Source of the DNA: Negaprion brevirostris
Taxonomy: Eukaryota
Direction: 5' to 3'
DNA length: 64,000 nucleotides
Assembly (NCBI GenBank): GCA_030324005.1
Contig: JARDVH010000059.1
Coordinates: forward strand, 74,968,308 to 75,032,307
The notes beneath the pieces were generated by a model. That model did not search any database. It was given only the letters and a program-made list of their open reading frames with translations, and was not told where the DNA came from. Shown one piece after another: positions 38,217 through 47,960 of this stretch (the stretch's first letter is position 1; every line of letters begins with the position of its first letter). A program made the translations under genes and the position numbers.

Positions 38217-38535
38217 GGGCGGCACAGTAGTAACTGTGCTGCCTCACAGTGCTAGGGACCCAGATTCAATTCCTAGTTTGGGTCACTGTATGTGCGGAGT
38301 CTGCACGTTCTCCCCGTGCCTGTGTGGGTTTCCTCCAGGTGCTCCGATTTCCTGCCACAGACAAAGATGTGCTGGTTTGGTGGATTGGCCATGCTAAATT
38401 GTCTCTTAGTGACAGGGGAACTAGCTAAGGTAAATGCATAGAGCTACAGGGATAGGGCCTGGGTGGGATTGTGGTCGGTGCAGACTCCATGGACTGAATG
38501 GCCTCCTTCTGCACTGTAGGATTCTATGATTCTAT
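38217..38535 (+). mobile_element. HE1-type SINE (tail type A)
   Basis: Full-length copy ending ctgtaggattctatgattctat. Confidence 0.88.
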
Positions 38536-38784
38536 TATCACAAAGCTATTTCTGTGATCTTGCCATGCACAAATTAGTTGCTGTGTCTTTGACATTGGAA
38601 CAGTAATTATAATTGAAGGCTTTTTTCTGTTGGCAAAATGCTTTGGTGCTGCTTCAGGTTGTGAAAAATTTTTTTTATTCTATTGCAGGATGTTAGCAAT
38701 GGAATCCCCACCAAAATGTTGATAGTGGGGATTACAGTGATAGTAATTCTATTGAATGTCATGATGAGATGGTTAGATTCTAAT

Positions 38785-39093
38785 TGAATCATAGAATCCC
38801 TAAAGTGCAGAAGGAGACCATTCGGCAGAATCCCATCTGGACTCTCCCAGCAACCCCACATACTTACCCCACTAATCCTCTTACCAATGCATCGCAGGAC
38901 ACTAAGGGTCAATTTAGCATGGCCAATGTACCTAACCCACCCATCTTTGGACTGTGGGAGGAAACAGGAGCACCTGGAGGAAACCCACATAGACACAGAG
39001 AGAACATGCAAACTCCACACAGACAGTGACCCAAGGTGGGAATCAACCTATTGTCCCTGGAGCTGTGAGGCAGCAGTGCTAACCACTGTGCCT
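38785..39093 (-). mobile_element. HE1-type SINE (tail type A)
   Basis: Same family consensus, inverted relative to the 38217 copy. Confidence 0.85.
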
Positions 39094-39109
39094 CCTATAT
39101 TTCATTTCT

Positions 39110-40230
39110 TTGCACAAATGTTCCTTGCCACTTATGAATATTGCCCGGTTCTTGCTACATACGGGCATGAACTGCTTCAGTATTTGAAGATTTGCGAATG
39201 GTACTGAACAATTGTGCAATCATCAGTGAACATCCCACTCTAACCTTATAATGGAGACAAGGTCATTGATAAAGCAGCGAAAGATGATTGGGCATAGGAC
39301 ACTACCTTGAGGAACTCCTCGAGTGATGTAATGGGACTGAGATGATTGATCCCCAATCACGACAACCATCTCCCTTTGTGCTAGTTGTTTATTACTCTAA
39401 CCAGTGGAAGGTTTCCTGCCCCCTCAACCAATTTTAGGTGACTCTAGTTTTGATAGGATTCCTGATGCCATACTCTCAAATGCTGCCATGGTGTCAAGGG
39501 CAGTCACTCTCGCTGCGCTTTTGTCCATGTTTGGACTAAGGCTGTAATGAGGTCAGTAGCTGAGTGGCCTTGGTGGAACCTAAACTGCAATCATCAAGAG
39601 CAGATTATGACTTTGTAAGTGCCACTTGATAACTCTGTTGAGAATGTTTTCCATCATTTTACTGATGATCAAGAATAAACTGATGGAACTGGGTTGGATT
39701 TGCCCTTCTGTTTGGACAGGACAAGCTGGAGCAGTTTTCCATATTGCCAGGTAGATGCCAGTGTTGTAGCTGTACTGGAACAGCTTGGCTACAGGACCGG
39801 CAAGTTCTGGAACACAAGTTTTCAGAACAATTGTCAGAATATTGTCAGGTCCCATAGTCCGAGAGTATCTAGTGCCTTCAACCATTTCTTAATATCACGT
39901 GGAGTGAATCAAATTGACTGAAGACTGGCAATTGTGTTGCTGGGACCTTCAGGAGAAAGCCAGCAAGCATCATCCACCTGGTACTTCTGGTTAAAGGTAG
40001 TTGTAAATGCTTCTGCTTTGTCTTTTGCACTGAGGTGCTGGACTCACCCATCATTGAGGTGGGGATAGTTGTGAAACGTCCATCTCCAATGAGTTGCTTA
40101 ATCATCCACCACCATTTACAACTGGCTTTTGGCAGGGTTACAGAACTTAGATCTGAACCATTGGTAGTGGAAAGCTTAACCCTGTTTATCACATGCTGCT
40201 TATGCTGTTTGGCGTGAAAGTAGTCCAGAC
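39110..40230 (-). mobile_element. CR1-type LINE RT fragment
   Basis: MGPDNILTIVLKTCVPELAGPVAKLFQYSYNTG..ISLFLIISKMME. Confidence 0.8.
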
Positions 40231-40632
40231 TGATTCCAATAGTTCATGTCAGGGTCATAAGTTTTAAGTGTGGTAGTTTCTACTCTGGATAAGTGCAGGT
40301 ATTAGATGTGGTAAGGGCTCCAGTCAGGGATGTAGACTGAGCTAGGACTGTAATCTGGGGAGACAATCCAACCAGGATTTCAGACAGGTTTCTGGCCTGT
40401 GGGTTGGGATGGATTTGATCAAGGTGCAAGTCTCAAACATCTTTAGCTGCTTTATTAATGAACTTCTCTCCACTGTAAAGTTAGAGTTGGGGATGTTCAC
40501 TGATGATCGCACAATGTTCGGTACCATTCACAAATCTTCAGATACTGAAGCAGTCTATGTAGCAAGAGCTGGGCAACATTCAGCTTTGGGCTGATAAGTG
40601 GCAAGTAACATTTGTGCAAAGAAATGAAATAC

Positions 40633-40920
40633 AGGCGGCACTGTGGATAGCACTGCTATCTCACAGCTTCAAGGGCAATGGTTCAATTCTCAGCTTGAGT
40701 CGCTGTCTGTGTGGAGAATGCATGCTCTCCCTGTGTCTGTGTGGGTTTCCTCCAGGTGCACTGGTTTCCTCCCACAGTCCAAAGTTGTACAGGTTAGGTG
40801 CATTGGCCATACCAAGTTGCCCTTTAGTCTCCTGGGATGCATGGGTAAGAGGGATTAGTGGGGTAAATATGTGGGGTTGCGGCGATGGGGCCTGGATGGG
40901 ATTGTTGTCAGTGCAGCCTC
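40633..40920 (+). mobile_element. HE1-type SINE inserted in a CR1 fragment
   Basis: Same family consensus; the flank gcaaagaaatgaaataca is repeated as gcagaatgaaataca after the element. Confidence 0.8.
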
Positions 40921-41469
40921 AACAGGCAGCTGCAGAATGAAATACAAGTTATGCGGCTTTCAGGCTGCTTCCCACGGACCCACATCCCATCTACTCTCTT
41001 TCCCCTTGCACAAGTGAACATTGGCAGTCAGCAGTGTTTGGCCAATGAGGTTTCTGTTAAAACACTCTAAAAACACATCCATTCCAATTCCCTAGAAACT
41101 CCACAATGCCAATGCCTCCCCTATCCCTCCACAGCCCTTTGGTCTTTGTCTCATCCCCAGCCCTTTGCTCGGCTCTGCCAATGACTCTCCTCTCCCTTAC
41201 ACTAATCCCAAACTTCCATCTCTAATTACTTCTCTGCAGCTTTGTTCTAATCATTTGTTCTTTATTCTTCATTCTTCAGCTTTCATTGTTGCCTCTACAA
41301 TGTTTTTATCTCACTTTCACCTCCATTTCTTTGATTTGTTCCATATCCTTATATTTCCTCCAGCTGTCATAGTGAGTTACACCACTTATATAAGTTCCAA
41401 AAGTCCATAGTTCACCTGTCTGTGTGAAGGATGGATTTTTCTTCATCTCTCCACCCCCCCACCTCCCCA

Positions 41470-41962
41470 TCCCCCAATCCCCACGAGGAATTCCATTGCA
41501 CAGAGATTGTGGATGCACTGGTAGCAATCTTCCAAGAATCTTTTGATTCGGGGAAAGTCCTAGGAGTGGAAATCTGCCATTGTAACACCCTTACTCAAAG
41601 AGGGAGGGACACAAAAGGAAACTGTTAAGAGTCCATTATAAAGGATCTAGTGGCAGAGCACTTAGAAACACATTTTATTATCAAGTAGCACTAGCATGCC
41701 TTCTTGAAGGGGAAACCATACCATGCAAATTTATTAGAGTTCTTTGAGATCATAACAAACAGAATAGATAAAGGGGAACCAGTAGATGCTTGGGCTTCTA
41801 CAAAGGGTTCAATAAGATACCACACAAAAGTCTACACAATAAGAGCTTATAGAGTTGGGGATAGTGTATTAGCATGGATAGAGGATAAACTAACTGATAA
41901 AAGACAGATGGTTGGGAAAAGAGGGGCATTTTCAGGATGCCAACTTGTAACTAGTGGAGTGC
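41470..41962 (+). mobile_element. CR1 LINE RT fragment
   Basis: EIVDALVAIFQES, NLLEFFEIITNRIDKGEPVD, LAWIEDKLTDKRQMV, VTSGV. Confidence 0.8.
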
Positions 41963-42454
41963 TATAGAAGTAAGGGAGCTTCCACTTTCAAATGGAAGTG
42001 CAACCAAGGTCAAGAGTCCATCTCCAGCAAGTGCAGAAGTCCCACCTAGAGAGAGATGCTCTTCTATTGGAAAACCCAAGGTAATATCTAGACAGACTTT
42101 TAACCATGTGAAAGGACAGAATTCTCTGTCATGAGTCAGCAGCTGTAAGAAACCCATATTTGAATCAAAGAGTTGTATGTTCTCAGTAACCATCAAATGT
42201 TAATTTATGCAAACTAATTTGTATCAACCCTGCCACTGATATGAAAATACTTCTCAGCGCCAGGGAAATAAAAAAGTTCACTTTTTTGGAAATAAATGGA
42301 TGCAATTTCTTCCTGTAGAGCCAAAAGATCTTTGCTAATGAAAAACAAAGAGAATCATAAACTAATCCCTTGTCTTCATGTTTGTAAACTTGTTGTTGCA
42401 TTGACATCAAACTTGTCAGCATTACAATTAAACCAGCTGATGATCTACCATTAA

Positions 42455-43684
42455 ATAATAAGTTTGCAAACTTTATTACTGTACGTGACTGTACAGAAAT
42501 GGTACACTCACAGAAATGGTTCTCAGAAAAGACACACAAACATGGAATTATACTTAATTGCACTTGTAGTTTATTATTTCTCTTGTTTAGTAAAATCAAG
42601 ACAAACCAGCACACAGTAACCAAACACTGCACTTTGCTATTACCTTTGAAAAATGAACAGCTTCAGCACTGGAAAATTCTTTAGCATCTAACGCTCACTG
42701 AAACAAAGCTGGAAATCTGATTTGTCATCGCTCCATTCAGCAACATAAAATATAAAATATCACTGAAAAAATTAATATTTACATTACTTAAAACATTTTT
42801 TAAAAACTCAAGAAACCAGTGTATTCATCTTTATCAAGTTGACCTTCTTGTGATATTTATATTTTTTGTTGGATTTAATGGCATATAATGCTGACTTTGT
42901 AGCTAGGTATGTACAGAACAGAGGGACACATGAAATAAATAGATGTCTGATGCCACTGGTGATTTTAAAAACTCTGCAACATTTGAAGGGTAGTAAGTTA
43001 ATATTTTCAAGCAATATTTAACCAAACAAATAAGCAAGATGTGGAAAATTAAACCCCCTAGCCTCAGGCTGTGCTCGATGTCACACACACACGCACACAT
43101 GCGTCTTTGTAATGGAAAAATTTTACGGCGGCTGAACACAACCTGCCACAATTTAAACATACCACTGCCTACTCCATCTTGTAACAAAGAATAAGAATTT
43201 AACTCATTTAAACAAATAAATTTAATCCAATTTTATATTAGGCTTTTTTTAACAAAATGAATAACTTTATACTCAAAGCTTCAAGGAAACTGATAAAATT
43301 ATGTCTGAAATGATTTCTAGAACTTTAAAACAAATTGGCTTAAACAAGCTTACTGCTTGTTTAGACTGATCTCATTACTAACTTGAACTGCTAGAACTTT
43401 TTGTTTGAATGTAGACTACTTCAGGAATGAAAAGGTCAGAATGCTCACATAAGAATATACTGAATATTATTTATAATACTATGAGCTAAAGAGGCTATCT
43501 ATGTAGCCAGATTCACAGGATTTCAGATTGACATGCAGTTGTACACTATCTGCCTGCAGTGAACTGAAGTATATCCTCAACATTCCATGGCAATTATGTT
43601 GGTAACAGCTCAGCTCAGCTGAGTTTAAACTAAAAATTCAGCATTTCTGCCAGCTTAAGGAATGGAAATCCTGTTGAAGAGTCT
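42455..43684 (-). other. hey1: hey1 3' UTR (approximate) with candidate poly(A) signals
   Basis: AT-rich block with no recognisable transposon, downstream of the stop. Minus-strand AATAAA at 42575-42570 and 42477-42472; Pumilio-type TGTACATA at 42915-42908. The end point is inferred. Confidence 0.6.
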
Positions 43685-44262
43685 TTAGAAAGCACCGATC
43701 TCTGTCCCCCAGGGTCTGTAGGGCTTGCCAATGCTGTTCGTCGGAGTCTGAGCTGATGAACTGAATGTGCTGGGAGGAATCAAGGGGAAAGTGCTGAAAG
43801 ACAGAGGGAATGCAGACAAGGATGACATTGAAAACAAAGGTGGGGACAGTTTGGTGGAGGAGGTGACCACTGGGATGACTGGACCAACACTGCAATTAGG
43901 AGCCACTCTGAGTGGAGAGGTATCTGTGTGCGAGGACGTGCCGATTCTGTTCTGAGGCTCTGTTGAAGCAGTATTACTATTGTTATTATGGGCAGCCTGC
44001 GGCAGTAACAACGGGTGCAAATGATGATGTGGGTGCTGACTGAAGCCAGAGCCCCAGGCAAGGTGTCCAATGCTAGGGGGTGCAGTACTTGCAGCTTCCC
44101 TCTGAGATGCATAGTTATTGAGGTGAGAGACCAAACGCACACGAAGTGGATCAGAGTTCTCCAGGCCTTCAATTATACTCAAGTACCGAGCCACTTCAGC
44201 CAAACATTCTCGAAATCCCAGGCTACGGTAGTCCATAGCTAGTGCCTGAGCATCAAAATAAC
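43685..44262 (-). CDS. hey1: hey1 coding exon 5 (578 nt; Orange domain, YRPW and TEIGAF motifs)
   Basis: TATAG|GTTATTTT acceptor, [19 protein letters not shown]...[16 protein letters not shown] stop at 43687-43685. Confidence 0.97.
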
Positions 44263-46027
44263 CTATAACATCGGATAAAATTAAAATAAATTCATTTTAG
44301 AAGTCACACACTGTAGCAATTGCACTGTCTCATCAGGAGATCTTTCAAGTTCTGCTTTATAAAAGTAGCATTCATATAAAAGCAATCTCCTTAAGTGTAC
44401 AACAACAACTTGCATTTATGTAGTGCCTTTAGTGTAGTAAAATGTTCACAGTACAGTAACTGGAAAAAAAAGTGGCACTGAGCCACAAAAGGAGATATCA
44501 AGATGGCTTCAAACTGACCTTAAAGGGGAGTTGGAGAGATAGTTTCATCAAAATACATCTCTTACTCTATGTGAGACTTATTAATCTTTGGTCAACTAAA
44601 TAAAATTAAACTTAAAACATTCTCATGTTCTTATTTTCTTAATTCAAAATACCTCTCATCATAGTACCCAATGGAAGTGCCTGGCTGCATTTTATAAAAT
44701 ATAAATGTAATTAAATGTACACAACTATACAGTTGTGAAAAAACAAACTGAGGAATCTTTGACAAATGATTGTGCTGAAATAAGGTTTAGGAAGTTGTGG
44801 TTCTCTGAACTTCTGTACATCTGAAATGCCAAGCCAGAGCAAACTTAGGAATTAACCATTTGTTTCAATTTCCAGTAAAAGCCCAACTCATAATTGGGAG
44901 TCTAACACTCTTCAAGTATTTCCAAACTTCTGCAAAGTATATATTAACCACTGCCACTGTCTAACCTCTCCTAGAAATGCCCAAAAAAGTTACCTTTGCC
45001 ACCGGCCGCATGCAGCATCTTCAAGTGATCAACGGTCATTTGCAAAATCTCAGCCTTTTCTAGTTTGGCGGATCCCTGTCAACAGTAACAAGGGACTATA
45101 ATTAAAGACCTGTCAATGTTCTGTACGACACACACAGTGGTTTATTTAAAGTATAGGTAATTTTCTTGGGACTTAGTTTTACTTGACTCTAAAAAAAATT
45201 TAAATTATTCTTAACAAAGCAAGCTGGAGGATTTTTATGTGTTGGAAGTTACTTGTGAATCGAGGAGTAAAACTAATTTCGCATACTTGTTTCTCATAAG
45301 CACTCGGGACCAGCCTTCGCAGTTCTGACAAGCTGTTGTTAATACGATCCCGGCGGCGTTTTTCTATGATCTGTTTTAAACAAAATAGATGTACTTTTTA
45401 AAAAAAGATTCAGCCGGACAAAACGCTCTGACTACAAACAACAACAAAAGCCATCTTATTTCTCAGGGTGTGAAACTTACCCCTCGCCTCCTTTTCCTAG
45501 CCAGGAGCTGAGAGGATGTACTGGGGGACAAGGAGCCGGTGGCTGTGCTGGAGTTCCTGAAATCCAATCCAATAAAACCCGGGATCAGCATTCGAGCAAA
45601 GTTTGTTTTGAAACGTTTATCGGAAATTTACAAACGGGGGTTCTTCTCTTCTAAGCAACAACCCCAAATTGCAGAAACGAATGTTAAATACCCCAAACTA
45701 CAGCCTCAGAAATGAATGTGTTGCAGCAAAACTTTCCTGATTATTTTTAATGCATTGCTCTGAGTTTCATCACATCTATCCACATTTCAGGAAAACCCCT
45801 GGTATTTAATATTTTAGTAAGAAGTCTCACCACACCAGGTTAAAGTCCAACAGGTTTAGCCTGGTGTTGTGAGACTTCTTACTGTGTTTACTCCAGTCCA
45901 ACGCCACATTTAATATTTTGCTCGTGTTTGGACGTTACCCATTTTCATCGGCGCTTTCTTTCTCGATCACTTCGATCGTCTCGTCCAGCTCGCTGTCCGA
46001 CGAGCTGTAGTCGTGAGTTCTCTTCAT
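43685..46027 (-). CDS. hey1: Hairy/enhancer-of-split related with YRPW motif 1 (bHLH-Orange repressor); spliced CDS join(46027-45939,45556-45481,45370-45287,45075-44994,44262-43685) = 909 nt, 302 aa
   Basis: N-terminus [20 protein letters not shown], b[59 protein letters not shown], Orange domain [20 protein letters not shown]-terminal [13 protein letters not shown]. All four introns are GT..AG and the reading frame is continuous. Confidence 0.97.
44994..45075 (-). CDS. hey1: hey1 coding exon 4 (82 nt)
   Basis: GACAG|GGA acceptor, encodes [27 protein letters not shown], donor AAAG|GTAACT. Confidence 0.96.
45287..45370 (-). CDS. hey1: hey1 coding exon 3 (84 nt)
   Basis: AACAG|ATC acceptor, encodes [28 protein letters not shown], donor CAA|GTATGC. 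Confidence 0.96.
45481..45556 (-). CDS. hey1: hey1 coding exon 2 (76 nt)
   Basis: TTTCAG|GAACTCC acceptor, encodes [25 protein letters not shown], donor GGG|GTAAGT. Confidence 0.95.
45816..45907. mobile_element. Penelope-pLTR-derived hairpin insertion in hey1 intron 1
   Basis: 29-bp inverted arms (27/29 match) around a 10-nt loop; 12-bp TSD ATTTAATATTTT at 45804-45815 and 45908-45919; same sequence family as 51060-51143 and 60054-60130. Confidence 0.8.
45939..46027 (-). CDS. hey1: hey1 coding exon 1 (89 nt)
   Basis: ATG at 46027-46025; ends GAAAATGG|GTAACG donor. Confidence 0.95.
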
Positions 46028-46520
46028 GCTGGCTTCAGTTGTGTGCGCGCTATGACATGAATAGGGGTGCGGGCAGATGCACTCCGCTACGCTGCCTGCG
46101 GGACACTGCTTCGCCTTTCCCACGGTCCCTGCACTTACTGAGCTGTCAGAGCGCCGCCAGCGCCGCTGATTGACAGCTCGCGCGGCCCATTGGCCCTGCT
46201 GCTCCGGAGAGCGGGGGAGCCCCGGCCCCGCCCAGCGCCCGATTGACAGCTGCGCCCCTCCAGTCAGGAAGCCGCCATTCCGGATGGCTGCGCCGCCATT
46301 GGTCTCCGATGGGGCCAGTTCCCGCTCACAGCGGCCAATCAGGTGGCGCTCTCCCCCTCCCCCGCGCGCCGTCAGGCACGCGCAGGCGGTGGGAAGCGTG
46401 GGAAAGTTGTGGCGGCGGCCGGGCGCGCGGATGGAAGTAGCAATTGGCTCGGGGCGACTGTGGGTCTGCGGCGGAGCGTGTGAACAGTAACATTAGCCGC
46501 TCAGAGCCACGCCAAGCTCA
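46028..46520 (-). promoter_or_regulatory. hey1 CpG-island promoter / 5' UTR
   Basis: Very GC- and CpG-rich against a CpG-depleted background. RBPJ sites GTGGGAA (46389-46395) and CGTGGGAAA (46397-46405); CCAAT boxes at 46189, 46298, 46335, 46443; TGATTGACAG at 46167-46176; GC boxes. Confidence 0.88.
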
Positions 46521-47164
46521 CTGCTGCTCCATTTATACCGCTCCCCCCCACCCACACACACAGCCCCTCCCAATGCCACCTCCACTCATTACACTCTGTC
46601 TCCATCCACACAGACCTCGAGGTGACTCAGACACCGCAACACATTCATAATGCAAGCAGCCGCTTGCCAAACCGACCTCTGTCCCCATTTGCAGGTCTCT
46701 TTATANNNNNNNNNNNNNNNNNNNNNNNNNNNNNNNNNNNNNNNNNNNNNNNNNNNNNNNNNNNNNNNNNNNNNNNNNNNNNNNNNNNNNNNNNNNNNNN
46801 NNNNNGTCCCCATTTGCAGGTCTATTGATATACAGTGGGAACGGGTGCAATGCGACACTTTATTGCATATGTGAAGAACTGATTCAAACAGACAGATAAC
46901 AAAACCGCGCAACTCGAAACCACACCAAACAGGTGCTCGAGCCCGAAAGGGTACCAGGCTCAGGGTGAGAGGAATTATTTTCCAGACCTCCCTCCCACCC
47001 TTATTTAGTGCAAATCCACACCAGCACAACGTGGTTAAAAGTGTAATCATTTCAAATTGAGTAACTGCAAATCAAAATGCAATAGATGCTGGAAATCTGA
47101 AATATAAACCAAGAAACAAATGCTGGAAAAACTCAACAGGTCTGTGGAGAGAAAGAGGCACAGA

Positions 47165-47292
47165 GGGCGCGATCTAAGCCGTCCACGCCACGCTCCTGCT
47201 GCAGCGAAGTTGGAGTATGGTGGCCAGCTAAATCTCCGTTTACAGCCGTGGGATGGGAAAATCCCGACGTAAACGGTGGTAAGAATCCGGCC
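47165..47292. mobile_element. Short MITE inserted into a Penelope-derived fossil (47080-47330)
   Basis: GGGCGCGATCT../..AGAATCCGGCC ends with AGAG on both flanks; the host sequence rejoins as cacagagttgatatttcaggtcaatgac. Confidence 0.55.
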
Positions 47293-47669
47293 AGAGTTGA
47301 TATTTCAGGTCAATGACTGTTCATCAAAAACAAACAAATAACTACTTGATTCAAAAGGTCAATTTCTGCATTTGGCAATTGAGGTTGCCAAGTCATTGGC
47401 ATATCAGATGCACCATGGGTCATTAAAACACAGACACAACCCATCAAAGCAGCAATGGTGAATTTACATTTCACAGCATTTCTAATCCGGGCAATGTCAC
47501 CATAGGCGTGGAACAGAGATTTTGGCACTTCACTGGGAAAAGGGAAAGAAATTGTTCATGGAATATGGGTTGTTCACACACACAAGTCACTGATTCTGAG
47601 CATCAATGTTCTCAGGCATGTAGCCTTAGTAGAACAAAATAAAATAATCAAAAGTAGACGAAGACACAG

Positions 47670-47960
47670 TTGCATAATAGTGTTGTAGCTGGACTAGTAA
47701 TGCTCTAGGAACCTGGATTCAAATTTCACCACGGCAGACAGTGAAATTTGAATTCAGTAAAAACCATGAAACCATTTGTAAAAACCCACCTGGTTTCGGA
47801 AATCCGTCATCTTTACCTGGTCCGGCCACAGTGTGACTCCAGCTCCACAGCGCAGCAATATTGTTGATTCTTAAGTGGCCTCCGAACAAGGACAATTCGG
47901 GATGGGCAACAAATGCAGACCCGCGGTGTCCACATTCCATGAACGAATAAAGAAAAAGTA
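47670..47960 (+). mobile_element. Second tRNA-derived SINE family (related copies near 53450-53690, 54280-54690, 58055-58330)
   Basis: ggactagtaa..ggattcaaatttcaccacggcag head; tail gatgggcaacaaatgc..cacattccatgaacgaat. Confidence 0.65.

Noticed and set aside
45935-46123. N-terminally extended hey1 ORF in the track
   Set aside because: It starts at a non-ATG codon; the conserved start is MKR at 46027
46681-46823. gtccccatttgcaggtct repeated across a gap upstream of hey1
   Set aside because: Collapsed repeat or scaffold overlap; cannot be resolved from this assembly
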